Below are positions 43,869 through 54,645 of a stretch of DNA of 64,000 nt, one piece after another. The notes under the pieces were generated by a model that was not told the DNA's origin, ran no database searches, and worked only from the letters and a program-made list of their open reading frames with translations. The stretch is from an uncultured Rivularia sp. Its GTDB lineage: Bacteria; Cyanobacteriota; Cyanobacteriia; Cyanobacteriales; Nostocaceae. Positions within the stretch are counted from its first letter, which is position 1. Each line of letters opens with the position of its first letter. The position numbers and the translations under genes were made by a program. Where the stretch lies: the NCBI GenBank assembly GCA_963665115.1, contig OY762007.1, forward strand, positions 4,928,001 to 4,992,000, given 5' to 3'.

Positions 43869-44213
43869 TTATGGTTCTAACAATTTCTCCATCAGCGTAT
43901 AAATATCGTTTTTATCACCTTCTTTCCGTAAACCTATTCCTACTACTAAAACTATTATTTTCTCAAGTTCAACTTTGTAAATAATTCTGTAGCGTTGACC
44001 TACTGCTCTAAGACTGCGATAACCTAAAAGATAATCGACTAAAGCTTTACCTTGAAGAAGTGGATCTGTTTTTAACTTATTTATGCGTTGGCTCAAGCCT
44101 TTTCGATGACGCTTATCTTTAATACCGCTTAACATTTCTAATGCTAGCGGTGTCAGTTGAATTTCATACTCGGTATTAGCGGGCTGATTTGTATCTGAGT
44201 CCAACTTATTCAA
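43869..44213 (-). CDS. RelE/ParE family toxin
   Basis: YEIQLTP.A...L, GKAL...L.GYRSLRAVGQRYRIIY.V....VLVVGIG.R. Confidence 0.87.
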   Translation of the reverse strand: MNKLDSDTNQPANTEYEIQLTPLALEMLSGIKDKRHRKGLSQRINKLKTDPLLQGKALVDYLLGYRSLRAVGQRYRIIYKVELEKIIVLVVGIGLRKEGDKNDIYTLMEKLLEP

Positions 44214-44311
44214 ACTTCCCTAAAATTCAAGCACCTTACAATTAGAAATGTACATTAAAGTGTACATTTGTAGAAGCAGTATGGGAAAGTCCAAAAATAT
44301 ACTTACTAGAT

Positions 44312-44578
44312 TTATTCAAGTCCAAGTTTAGCTTTTGCTTCCTCCCAAGTTATAGTTTCTCCTCTTTGAGCCTGCTGAATACTTTCTTGCAACTGTTTGC
44401 TGAATTTTTTATCGGAAAGAATAGCTAAAGTTTCCATCATAGATTCAAATTTTTCAAAGCTAAGTGCTGCCATTACTGGCTTACCATGCTTAGTAATAAT
44501 TACTGCATCGTCTTTCAACTCATCGGGCAAATTTAATAACTGCTGTCTAGCTTCTGTAATAGTTAGATACTTAGGCAT
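44312..44578 (-). CDS. Phd/YefM family antitoxin
   Basis: TITEARQQL..L, VIITKHGKPV, FESMMETL.IL. Confidence 0.9.
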   Translation of the reverse strand: MPKYLTITEARQQLLNLPDELKDDAVIITKHGKPVMAALSFEKFESMMETLAILSDKKFSKQLQESIQQAQRGETITWEEAKAKLGLE

Positions 44579-44803
44579 ATTATGGAGCGTACAGAATAAT
44601 GTACATTCATTGTACTGTAGATTGTTTTATTGCAGCTTCCAGACAGCTTTTGATTTGGGAAGGTGGTAATTGGTAATTGGTAATTATCAATGTTCCTACC
44701 CCTACATTTTTTTATTTGAATCAGCAGTAATTTCTAATTCATGAGAACATTTAATCGTGAATTAGGTATTAATCAATTCCCAACGCCCAATGCCCAATGC
44801 CCC

Positions 44804-46969
44804 ATGCCTAAATTATTCTGCACGCTATTTTTATTTTTATTAATATATATTCAACCCGTTTGGGCTACGGAGCTTCAACCGCAACGGACTGTTTTAACTT
44901 TAGATTTATTACAAGAAAGGATTGCTGCCCCTATTGTCAATGAAGGAAGTCTGACGGTAGATTTACGGGAGATGGAAATCAATTTACAGCCAGAAAATAA
45001 AGAATTTCGCGATAATTTCTATAAGTCGTTGCAGGATATATTGCAAAAAAATGGTGTAAAACCTGTAGGTTTAGATTTAAGTGACTCTATAATTAGTGGT
45101 GATTTTATTGGTAGTGATTTGGGTTTAAGAACTCCTTTGTATGCTCAAGGGATTGCGCCAATTTTTACTGAAACCGAACAAAGTCAACTCGAACGCTTGC
45201 GTGAAGTTTGTTTTCAGTCGCTGGCTTATTCTGTTCCCAATTCTAAGGATTGTCGTTCTTTGTTAGGAAAAGATTCGACGACTTCGGCACAAATTTCGGT
45301 GTTTCGCGGTTCGTTAATTTTTAAACAAACTCGTTTTAAGGGTAAGTTGGAATTTAACCATACGTTTTTTCTGCAACCTGTAGAAGCAGAAGGAGCGATG
45401 TTTAATGAATCTACAAATTTGACAGAATCAAGATTTAGCCGCCGCGTTAGTTTTGCGAATGCGAATTTTCGCCGTCCAGTTGATTTTGGAGGAAGTGTTT
45501 TCTTTGATGAAGCCAATTTCAAGGAAACCCAATTTAAGAAAAATGCCGAGTTTAAGAATACAACTTTTGAAGATTCCGCCAATTTTTCCAATGCTAGTTT
45601 TCAGGATATAGCTAATTTCAGCCGTGCGCGTTGGGAAGGTACTACAAATTTTTCTAAAGCGCGTTTTCTGCAACAAATTCAGTTTACTAAAGCTAATTTT
45701 CAAGAGTTTCTATTTCTCAAAGAAACTAGTTTTACACAATCTGTCATCTTTCGAGAGGCACAGTTTAATTTACCTGTAAATATGCGCGGTGCCAGTATTC
45801 TCAGTCAAGCTGATTTTAGCGATGCTGTTTTTGCAAAAAGTGCTTATCTCAACGTACCAAGTTTAATTTTTAATTCCGACAAAGCCAAAATTTTAGGTAA
45901 TCCCGGTGAAATTGGTGCAGTTTTACGGGTACCAAGATTATCGGGAAATCAAAATGTATTGCGTAATTTGATTCAAAATTTTCGCCAATTGCAGCAAATT
46001 GCTGATGCTAACGAATTAGAATATAGCAAACAGCGCCTACATTTAAACTATTTAACTCGCCGTTTAGTTGACGCGAATATTAACGATGCTTCAAAAAAAC
46101 GTTTACTCAATTTGGGTTTTTCTAAAATTCAAGCAGAAGCGATAATTAAACGTCGTCAAAATCAACCCTTTCAAGTTAAAAGCGAATTACTGACATTAGC
46201 CGACATCGACGAAGAAACATTTACACAGCTTGCTTCGCGCTTCGTAGTTGGCGAAACTCTTACTCCAGCTAAATGGTTGCTGCAAACATGGAAATGGTTG
46301 GGGTTAAGTTTACTACTATTACTTTCCGGATACGGTACCAACTTTTATTTAGTATTTGGTGTAGGAATAATTGCGATCGCGTTTTTCAGTTTAATATTTT
46401 GGTTAGTCGATCGATTCCGCCGTTTGCATCCCAACCAAATCGTTCCCACCGCTTACGAAACCAGCTGGATGTTAGGAAGTTTTCTTATCAGTACCTTATT
46501 TGGTTTAATCGCCATCTTTCGCAACACACCACAACCATTGTTAACTTTAACTTGCATGGCAGTTATTATCGTACCCTTACCAGGTTTTTTATTATTCCGA
46601 CTTTACCAACAAGGACGCTATCACGATTTAATGGAGACATCATACTTTACCGAAGATGGTACTTTACGACAATTACGGTTATTAATTGGGCGTTTACCCG
46701 TAATACCAAGGTATGAATTATTTCGCGAACGTTATTTACCTTTATTATGGAATCGTCGCTGGAACTGGTTAAATTATTATGATTTTAGTTTGAACAACCT
46801 TTTAAAATTAGGCTTCAACGACGTTCGCTTGCGAGACGAACACCTTCCTGGAATTATCAGTACTTTAGCCTGGTACCAATGGAGCTTAGGTATACTTTAT
46901 ATCACTTTGGTTCTATGGACGCTTTCCCGCACCATTCCCGGATTGAACTTATTGATTTATCTTAAGTAA
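44804..46969 (+). CDS. Pentapeptide-repeat membrane protein with a helix-hairpin-helix-like segment
   Basis: Signal peptide, A.F...F pentapeptide run, NINDAS..RL..LG...AEAII..R, several C-terminal TM helices; upstream ORF extension is STRR. Confidence 0.78.
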   Translation: MPKLFCTLFLFLLIYIQPVWATELQPQRTVLTLDLLQERIAAPIVNEGSLTVDLREMEINLQPENKEFRDNFYKSLQDILQKNGVKPVGLDLSDSIISGDFIGSDLGLRTPLYAQGIAPIFTETEQSQLERLREVCFQSLAYSVPNSKDCRSLLGKDSTTSAQISVFRGSLIFKQTRFKGKLEFNHTFFLQPVEAEGAMFNESTNLTESRFSRRVSFANANFRRPVDFGGSVFFDEANFKETQFKKNAEFKNTTFEDSANFSNASFQDIANFSRARWEGTTNFSKARFLQQIQFTKANFQEFLFLKETSFTQSVIFREAQFNLPVNMRGASILSQADFSDAVFAKSAYLNVPSLIFNSDKAKILGNPGEIGAVLRVPRLSGNQNVLRNLIQNFRQLQQIADANELEYSKQRLHLNYLTRRLVDANINDASKKRLLNLGFSKIQAEAIIKRRQNQPFQVKSELLTLADIDEETFTQLASRFVVGETLTPAKWLLQTWKWLGLSLLLLLSGYGTNFYLVFGVGIIAIAFFSLIFWLVDRFRRLHPNQIVPTAYETSWMLGSFLISTLFGLIAIFRNTPQPLLTLTCMAVIIVPLPGFLLFRLYQQGRYHDLMETSYFTEDGTLRQLRLLIGRLPVIPRYELFRERYLPLLWNRRWNWLNYYDFSLNNLLKLGFNDVRLRDEHLPGIISTLAWYQWSLGILYITLVLWTLSRTIPGLNLLIYLK

Positions 46970-47045
46970 TTGGGGATTGGGGATTGGGGATTGGGGATTG
47001 GGGATTAGGGATTGGTAATTGGTAATGGGTAATGGGTAATTGGTT
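46968..47045. repeat. STRR array (GGGATTG)n/(GGTAATT)n
   Basis: Tandem heptamers. Confidence 0.8.
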
Positions 47046-47083
47046 ATAAATTAAAATATTAACTAACCACTAACAACTAATTC

Positions 47084-47890
47084 ATGAAAATCGCTACTTG
47101 GAATGTCAATTCAATTAGAACTCGTTTGGAACACGCTATTAATTGGTTAAAAGAAAGCGGTGTTGATGTGCTTTGCTTGCAAGAAACTAAGGTTGTAGAT
47201 GAACTTTTTCCCCGAGAAGCTTTTGAAGAATTGGGCTATCATCTTTACACTTCTGGACAAAAATCATATAACGGTGTCGCTATAATTAGTCGTCAACCAT
47301 TAGAAGATGTTTCAGTTGGGTTTACTTCGATTTTGCCAGAAGTAGATGCAACATGGGACGAACAAAAGCGAGTAATTTCGGGTGTAATTGATGGCATTAG
47401 AATCATTAATCTTTACGTACCTAACGGTTCTTCAATAGGCAGCGAAAAATATGAATATAAATTGCAGTGGTTGAAAATATTAGGAGATTATTTACAAAAA
47501 CAGCAGAAATCTACACCTAATATATGCGTGTGCGGAGATTTTAATATCGCTTTAGAAGACAAAGACATTCACGAAAAAGCCAAGCCAGCAACTCATATCA
47601 TGTCATCCGAAGTGGAAAGACAAGCTTTAAAAGATAATGTTTTAAGCTTAGGATTCGCCGATGCATTTCGTAAATTCACCTTAGAAGGCGAGCATTACAG
47701 TTGGTGGGATTATCGAGCCGCCGGATTTCCTCGTAACCGAGGCTGGCGCATCGATCATCATTACCTCACACCCGACTTATACGAACGTGCAAAAAGCTGC
47801 ACCATTGATATTGAACCAAGGAAACTAACTCAACCCAGCGATCATACTCCGGTGGTGGTGGAGCTTCAGGAGTTAGGAGTTAGGAATTAA
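47084..47890 (+). CDS. xth: Exodeoxyribonuclease III
   Basis: ATWNVNSIR, LQETK, GDFN, WWDYR, GWRIDH, SDHTP. Confidence 0.95.
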   Translation: MKIATWNVNSIRTRLEHAINWLKESGVDVLCLQETKVVDELFPREAFEELGYHLYTSGQKSYNGVAIISRQPLEDVSVGFTSILPEVDATWDEQKRVISGVIDGIRIINLYVPNGSSIGSEKYEYKLQWLKILGDYLQKQQKSTPNICVCGDFNIALEDKDIHEKAKPATHIMSSEVERQALKDNVLSLGFADAFRKFTLEGEHYSWWDYRAAGFPRNRGWRIDHHYLTPDLYERAKSCTIDIEPRKLTQPSDHTPVVVELQELGVRN

Positions 47891-48121
47891 AAACATTTTC
47901 TACCCCCTCTTCCCCCTCTCCCCCTCTCCCCTATCCAATGGGCAGCACAAAAAGAATTGGGTACTTTCCGCACTTTGCTAGAAAATTGATTTTTCTGTAC
48001 AACTAAAGAAGCCAAAATCTTAGATATTAGTTGTTAATTATTAGTTGCTAGTTATTAAGATCGATCGGTTAAAAAAAATACCTATTACCAATTACCAATT
48101 ACCAATTACCAATTACCAATT

Positions 48122-49618
48122 ATGAAATATTCTTTAGCTGCTGACGCATCCCAGGCACGCAGAACAAAACAGGAATTTGCTCAACCTGAAGAACAATTAT
48201 CTTATGAGTTGGGTAAAGCTGTACAGGAATTACCACCGCTTTATACTAGACTTTTAGCGGGGACTATTACTGCGATTGTGTTTGGTTCGATTACTTGGGC
48301 GCATTTGTCGAAAATAGATGAAGTGGCGACTGCACCTGGAAAAATTGTTGCTGCAACACAAATTCGACCTGTAACATCTTTGGGTAATGGCTCTATTGTG
48401 GGGGTGAAGGTTAAAGAAGGCGATAAAGTTGAGAAAGGTGAAGTTATAATTCAACGCGATCCAGATTTGCAGCAAGCGGATGTTGCTCGTTTAGCGAAAA
48501 GTGCTAATTTGATTCGAGAAGATTTGCGTCGCTTGGATGCCGAACGAACTGGTATTAAAAAAGCGGGTAATAAATTACAGGATGAGCTTTTGCAGTCTCG
48601 TTTACAAGATTATCAAGCGCGTCAAGCTGCTGCGGAAGCCGAAGCAAATCGTCAAGCAGCAATTGTAGAACAAGCAAAAGTGCGTTTAACTCGTTTGCAG
48701 GAAAACCTTGCTAACGCCAAAATTACTTTAAACAATGCTAGGGCTAACAAGAGCAATTCTGAAGAACTTCGCGAGCAAGTTGGAAGTAATGTTGCTTTAG
48801 CAAAAAAAAGGGAAAAAAGTTTACGCGGTTTAACTACTCAAGGTGCGGTACCGCGACTCGATTATTTAGATGCACAAGATAGACTCAACCGCGCTAATGC
48901 CGAGATTACCAGGGCTGGAGATCAAATAATTAACGCTAAAACTAAAGTAACTGAAAGCATAGACAAAGTTACATCTTTAGAAAAAGATTTAGCAGCACAA
49001 ACACAGGAAATTAGCCAAGCACAAGCAGCCTTTCAAGCAGCGAGCAGCCAAGCGCAACGCTTAGCTTCGGAACGTCAAAGTGAGATTTTGACCCAAATCA
49101 ACAAGCGCAAGGAAGAATTAACTAATATTACAGGTCAATTAAATCAAGCGCAAAAACAGCAGCAACTTGAAACGATTAAAGCTCCCGTTAGTGGCGTAGT
49201 TTACGATATCAAAGCAACAAAAGGTCCCGTACAAGCAGGAGAACAATTGCTCTCAATCGTACCTGAAGGAGAAGAATTATTATTAGAAGTCAAAGTTGTT
49301 AACCGCGATATTGGTTTTATTGATAAGGGAATGAAAGCAAAAGTCAAATTAGCAACCTTTCCTTTCCAAGAATTTGGAGCCATTACCGGCGAAGTAGCTC
49401 GCGTCAGCCCTAATGCAGTAGTAGACGAGGAATTAGGATTAGTATTTCCTACCACAATTAAATTAGACAAAAATACCGTAGTAGTGCGTGGTGAAGAAGT
49501 TGGATTTACACCTGGAATGACAGCTAATGCTGAAATTGTTACTCGCAAAAAGTCAATTTTAACATTCTTAGTTGAGCCTGTTACCCGACGCTTTAGCGAA
49601 GCATTTTCTGTCAGGTAG
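48122..49618 (+). CDS. HlyD-family secretion periplasmic adaptor
   Basis: TM anchor, VKEGDKVEKG, long coiled coil, IKAPVSG, DIGFI, PGMTANAEI. Confidence 0.9.
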   Translation: MKYSLAADASQARRTKQEFAQPEEQLSYELGKAVQELPPLYTRLLAGTITAIVFGSITWAHLSKIDEVATAPGKIVAATQIRPVTSLGNGSIVGVKVKEGDKVEKGEVIIQRDPDLQQADVARLAKSANLIREDLRRLDAERTGIKKAGNKLQDELLQSRLQDYQARQAAAEAEANRQAAIVEQAKVRLTRLQENLANAKITLNNARANKSNSEELREQVGSNVALAKKREKSLRGLTTQGAVPRLDYLDAQDRLNRANAEITRAGDQIINAKTKVTESIDKVTSLEKDLAAQTQEISQAQAAFQAASSQAQRLASERQSEILTQINKRKEELTNITGQLNQAQKQQQLETIKAPVSGVVYDIKATKGPVQAGEQLLSIVPEGEELLLEVKVVNRDIGFIDKGMKAKVKLATFPFQEFGAITGEVARVSPNAVVDEELGLVFPTTIKLDKNTVVVRGEEVGFTPGMTANAEIVTRKKSILTFLVEPVTRRFSEAFSVR

Positions 49619-49814
49619 TTATCAATTATCAGTTATCAATTATCAATTAACAGGCGAACAGTTACTAGGTAGGAGATGGGAGTTTGGAATTAGTAATTAG
49701 TAGTTATAAGTTAGAAATTAGTAGGGAGCAAGATCGCGGACACTACATTCCATTTAATTTAAGTAATTTTCTAATTCCGATCGCTGTTAATTGATAATTG
49801 ATCATTGATAATTC

Positions 49815-50810
49815 TTAAGCGCCTTTATATTTAAGAATAAAAATCACACCTATCAACCCTGCTAAAAGTAATATCCAAGCACCACTGGCTATTTGAGTCA
49901 CCTTTTTCGCTTGGATGTTTTTTAGCCAACCAGTTGGGCGTAAATCTTGAAGTACAAGAGTGGCGATCGCCGCTAAGTTTAAACTGGCAATGTTGGCTGT
50001 AACTAGCAGCATTGCTCCTAAAGCAGGTTCCCATTCACCGGAACCCATCAACATTCCCCAGGTAACTAAGGGTGGTAGTAAAGCAACCGAAACCATTACT
50101 CCAACAATTGAACTGATTTCACCAGCAGTCAAGGAAATAGCAGCAGCAGCACCGGAAGCAAGAGCAACAACAATATCGGGTAAAGTTAATTTGGTTCGGA
50201 TGGCTATTTCTGGTAAATCTGGACTGACGGGAAACAGTAAACCGATTAAAATCGAAAAAGCAATCGGTACAAAAACTCCGATTATTCCAACTCTTATAGT
50301 TTTTAGAGCTAAGGATAAATCTCCTAAGATAGTGGCTACCGCTAATGCCATATTCGGTTTTAGTAACGGTGCTATTACCATTGCGCCAATTATTACCACT
50401 TCACTGCCACGTACCAAACCAACAGCAGCAATGCTCGAAGATATTAACAATAAAGAAATTTGCGTCCAAGAGAAATGAACGCTTGTCGCTACGTTAGTGT
50501 AAATTTCTTCGCGGTTAATCCGAGTTGGTGCCTCTGGTAAACCAACTGAATTCTCAGATGATTCAAGTCGAGGTAAAGAAGCTTCTACTGGCAGTATCAG
50601 TAATCTAAAGCTTTCTACATGAGTAAATTGCTTAACTAAACAATCAACCAGCGGTTCTACTTCTCCACTTGAAAGCAATATTTTAAATAAAAGCTGATGA
50701 TTTTCTAATTTTTTTTGCCAAACTTCATCATAAGAATATTCGGCGATTAATTCCTCAAATCGTTCACCTTTTTCCTGTGGGAGATAAACCTCAACTAAAC
50801 GTAGATTCAT
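49815..50810 (-). CDS. TIGR00341/DUF389 family membrane protein
   Basis: IIGAMVIAPLL, VALASGAAAA, GVMVSVALLPP. Confidence 0.85.
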   Translation of the reverse strand: MNLRLVEVYLPQEKGERFEELIAEYSYDEVWQKKLENHQLLFKILLSSGEVEPLVDCLVKQFTHVESFRLLILPVEASLPRLESSENSVGLPEAPTRINREEIYTNVATSVHFSWTQISLLLISSSIAAVGLVRGSEVVIIGAMVIAPLLKPNMALAVATILGDLSLALKTIRVGIIGVFVPIAFSILIGLLFPVSPDLPEIAIRTKLTLPDIVVALASGAAAAISLTAGEISSIVGVMVSVALLPPLVTWGMLMGSGEWEPALGAMLLVTANIASLNLAAIATLVLQDLRPTGWLKNIQAKKVTQIASGAWILLLAGLIGVIFILKYKGA

Positions 50811-51285
50811 GTGCGGCGTTTTGTGGGAAAGTTTTTTAATGCTAATTATTCAGCGTAGCCGATTCTAATAGGAAAAGCTTGTCAAACTTATTACGCTGTG
50901 GGTATGAGTTTAATTTATTCCTTTTTATTGTTATTGTTTTGGATGCATTTTTAAATACATTTACTATTCCGTATGAATAAGTGTAAACTGCCGTAGTTTC
51001 TTAAAATATATATATTTTTTTTAATTTTGTACAACTTTTGACTTGAAATTATAAATATATCAAGAATTAATCTGAGAAGTTTGTTTTCTTAGGTGATTTT
51101 TGAAAAAGAAATTACCAGCTAAAGTGGTTGAGTCAATATATCCCATTTGGGTAAGAGTGGATTTCGCTGTAATCGAGACTCGACTTGTTTCATAGCTTTC
51201 TTTGATAGAGAAATACCTTTTTGGTAAACAGTTTTGCTTAAATTCAAGATAGGATTTATCCCTTTTCTGTTAGGTAAATTAATTT

Positions 51286-51534
51286 ATGCCACATACGCAC
51301 TTGTTACATACGCAACTGATTGAGACAATCAAGGCGAAAGATATAGAAAAAGTTCATGATTGTATTTCCCAAGGAGTCAACGTTAATTATGTGAATAATA
51401 CGTGTACATCAAGTGCAATAGAAGAGGCTACGCGAGTAGGTAGTATCGAAATTGTTGATTTGCTTATTAATTACAAAGCAGATCCAAATACAGCAGTTTT
51501 GAGGTTTATGAGGTACAGCAACAACAATTTATAA
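51286..51534 (+). pseudogene. Truncated ankyrin-repeat gene interrupted by a repeat element
   Basis: Ankyrin-like up to G..EIVDLLINYKADPN, then the sequence switches into the element at 51489. Confidence 0.6.
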
Positions 51535-51744
51535 ACCAATTTGTTAGATGTTGTGGATTAATTAATTGCAATGCGATTTTAATTAAACCATCAACTACCG
51601 ATGCATTTTTTGGAGAGAATTGTTTAAGAAAAGCTTTTACAGCCCTTTGCAGCTCAATGAGGTACAAAGCTATATTCCGAAAGTCTTGTGGGATAGGCAT
51701 CCCTGCCCGTCAGAATGTACTTCACCAAAACTAAATATGCTGTA
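51489..51744. mobile_element. MITE-like/small dispersed element with two left ends
   Basis: TACAGC..ATGAGGTACA at 51489-517 and 51638-666; inverse TGTACTTCA..GCTGTA at 51716-744. Confidence 0.55.
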
Positions 51745-51815
51745 AATTTGTTAGTAGCTGTAGGCTTGATTCTCAAATAAAGCTTTTAAAGCTTACTACA
51801 AAAGAAAACAGAAAA

Positions 51816-52949
51816 ATGTCTATCACTGCGCTTATCTTTAATAATTATCCAGAACAAAATAATACTGAACTTCATGAGGCAATTTCTGCTAACGATTTGC
51901 AGGAAGTAAAAAAATTGCTTGCAGGAGGTGCCAACGTTCATCATATTGGCGATTGGGGATGTACGCCACTTGAACATACTTCTCAATTAGGTTTTTTAGA
52001 AATTGTAAATGTTCTGTTACAAGCAGGAGCTAATCCAGAATTTGGGGTTAGCACATACCCCCTTAGTTTCGCTATTGAAATAGGACAATTAGATATTGTA
52101 TCTCTACTAATTGAAGCTGGTGTTAATGTTAATCAAAAACTTGAAAATAATCATACTTTCTTGATGGAAGCTGCAATCAGTAGTAATCTTGATATTGTGA
52201 CATTTTTAGTTGAGATGGGTGCTAATGTCAATGTGATTAGAGAAGATGGTGCAACTGCCTTAATGTGCGCTGCAATGACAGGTCAACTTGATATATTTAA
52301 ATACCTAGTTCCATTAACTTTCCCTGAACTAAGAGAAAAAGCATCTCAAAAATTATCAAATGGTTTGCTCTACCGGCAAAGAAAAGACGATAAATTAACT
52401 GAAGCATTTATTTTTGCATCTGGGCAAGGTCAAACTGATGTGTTAAGAGAAGCTATTTATAAAGGTATAAATGTTAATGCTACTGACTCATATGGTAATA
52501 CTGCCCTATGTCTTGCAGCTTATTGGGGAAAGCTGGATACAGTACGTATCTTATTAAAATCTGGAGCTAACTTAGAACAGAAAGATGAACAAAATGCTTG
52601 GACTCCTCTAATTGCTGCAATTCGTTTAGGGCAATTTGAAATAGTTAAACTATTAATAGAATCAGGTGCAAATATTCATACGATATATAAAGGTAAAACA
52701 AGCTTAGTGTTTGCTATAAATTACGCAGTTAATAAGAAAATTTTTGGAACTAGCCTATTTCCTGAAACATCTTTTCGGCATATTGAAATTATTAAATTTT
52801 TGATAGAAAAAGGTGTTGATGTAAATATTAAAGACGAATTTGGAATGACAGCTTTTATGATAGCAAAACAAAATAAAAAGACAGAAATTATTGAGTTGAT
52901 TCAAAAGATGAGTACCAAGAATAAGAAGATATCATATAATACACACTAG
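51816..52949 (+). CDS. Ankyrin repeat protein
   Basis: About 9 G.T(P/A)L..A...G...IV..LI..GANVN repeats. Confidence 0.9.
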   Translation: MSITALIFNNYPEQNNTELHEAISANDLQEVKKLLAGGANVHHIGDWGCTPLEHTSQLGFLEIVNVLLQAGANPEFGVSTYPLSFAIEIGQLDIVSLLIEAGVNVNQKLENNHTFLMEAAISSNLDIVTFLVEMGANVNVIREDGATALMCAAMTGQLDIFKYLVPLTFPELREKASQKLSNGLLYRQRKDDKLTEAFIFASGQGQTDVLREAIYKGINVNATDSYGNTALCLAAYWGKLDTVRILLKSGANLEQKDEQNAWTPLIAAIRLGQFEIVKLLIESGANIHTIYKGKTSLVFAINYAVNKKIFGTSLFPETSFRHIEIIKFLIEKGVDVNIKDEFGMTAFMIAKQNKKTEIIELIQKMSTKNKKISYNTH

Positions 52950-52950
52950 G

Positions 52951-53400
52951 TTGAATTGGGGAAGATTAACTACTACCAAAGATGTCAGAACTGGTGCAAC
53001 TAGTACTAAAAAATACGATGCAGGTGGTAGAGTAACCGAAGAAATCGACCCATTGGGAATGTTTACCAAATATCTATACAACACCAACGACGGTAAACTA
53101 CAGCAAACCCAAGCCGGAAAATATCAACTGAATGCTGATGGAAAAGTTATTCTTGATGCTGACAATAACCCCGTAGTTGACACAAACGTAGAAATAAGAA
53201 CTTGGAATTACGAGTATAACGGTACAAACACCACAGTAATTAACCCTATCGGATGCAGAACAACTTCCGTTACTGAAGATTATTACCTCCCCACAGAAAC
53301 CATTTACCAATTGCGTAACGGGTAAATTTACAGCGAGAAAGCAGAATATCTCTACGACAATAACCTCTAAGAAGCCAAAGATTATCTCACAAAAATTTCG
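52951..53400 (+). pseudogene. RHS/YD-repeat gene fragment
   Basis: YDAGGRVTEEIDPLG, YEYNG; the same frame continues through stops at 53323 and 53368 (IYSEKAEYLYDNNL*EAKDY). Confidence 0.72.
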
Positions 53401-53669
53401 GTAAATTCTTTCTTAGAAATCGCCTTAACAGTTTTTTTTTAATCGGCTTCATTTTATAGAGATAACTTCATCCTCTTTTCAGGGAACTTACCCTTGGAAA
53501 TATATATTTTTAAAAGTTACAACATACATATAATAAATAACTAATTTCTCACTTTGATTTTGTAAGTCCTATTTGTAATACAAATTTAGCCTAATTAAAG
53601 CTTGAACTAAAAGCAGCATTTATTTGTTGTTATTCAGTGCTGAAATTTTAACAAAAAGGTATATATTAT

Positions 53670-54410
53670 ATGCGATTCTCTCTATGGATGATACCAATAT
53701 CATTATTGATAAGCACTTGCGGTCAATTTTTTCAAATTAATCCCTCTTCGGCAGAATTACCAGTCGAATATAAAGTTGCTCAAGTCAAAACTAGTCCAAC
53801 TTTATTAGCACGAGCAAGCTACCTCTCGCAGTTAGAAAAAGAGGTAATTATTGAGATGAATAAAGTGCGGGAAAATCCTCAGTCATATATCCCAATTTTA
53901 AAAAAGTATAAAAAACGTTTTCAAGGGAACAAAGTAAAAATTGGTAAGCGCAAATATATGCTGACGAGAGAAGGAGTTGCAGTAGTTGATGAAACAATTG
54001 CATTTCTCTATAAACAGCAACCTGTTGTCTCATTACGTCCATCTAGAGGAATGTCTTTAGGGGCTAGAGATCATGTAAATGACCAAGGCTCTACGGGTGA
54101 ATATGGTCATTATGGCAGCGATAAAAGCGACCCTTTTACCCGCGTTAATCGTCATGGAAAATGGAGAAAAATTGCAGCAGAAAACATTGCTTACGGTTAC
54201 AGCACTGCTCAAGATATCGTTATGCAGTTAATTATTGATGACGGTATACCCGATCGCGGACATCGAAAGAGTATGTTCAACCCAGAATATAATATTACTG
54301 GAGTCGCTTTCGGAAACCATTCTGTTTACAAAGTAATGTGTGTTATTAATTACGCTGGTGATTATCAAGAATCGGAAGTTTATGTAGGGAATAGGGAAAA
54401 AGGTTCGTAG
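53670..54410 (+). CDS. CAP/SCP domain secreted protein
   Basis: Signal peptide, MNKVRENP, H..D, GHYGSD, ENIAYG, GHRKSM. Confidence 0.87.
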   Translation: MRFSLWMIPISLLISTCGQFFQINPSSAELPVEYKVAQVKTSPTLLARASYLSQLEKEVIIEMNKVRENPQSYIPILKKYKKRFQGNKVKIGKRKYMLTREGVAVVDETIAFLYKQQPVVSLRPSRGMSLGARDHVNDQGSTGEYGHYGSDKSDPFTRVNRHGKWRKIAAENIAYGYSTAQDIVMQLIIDDGIPDRGHRKSMFNPEYNITGVAFGNHSVYKVMCVINYAGDYQESEVYVGNREKGS

Positions 54411-54645
54411 TTGGGCTTTAGCTCTTCCGAATTCAAAATTATGAGGCGAGTCACCGCGCTACTAAGAACTCTTAAAAAAAACCTTGTTAGGGCGCAGAGT
54501 ACACAAAGGAAGAAAAGAGAATTAATTCAAGTAGGTATAAAATTGATGTTTGTAGTGGGAGCGTCTCGCTCCCTATTTATAATTCGCTACGCTAGAAGCT
54601 GCTTATTTACAAGCAGGAAGGAAGATGCTCTTTATCGCTGAAAAA

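Noticed and set aside
40110..44740. Absence of HIP1 sites as proof of foreign origin
   Set aside because: HIP1 density in the window is only about one per 4 kb, so the gap is not significant
49960..50478. 172-aa plus-strand ORF and similar short overlapping ORFs (e.g. 46273, 45226, 58255)
   Set aside because: Overlap well-supported genes antisense or out of frame and show no motifs
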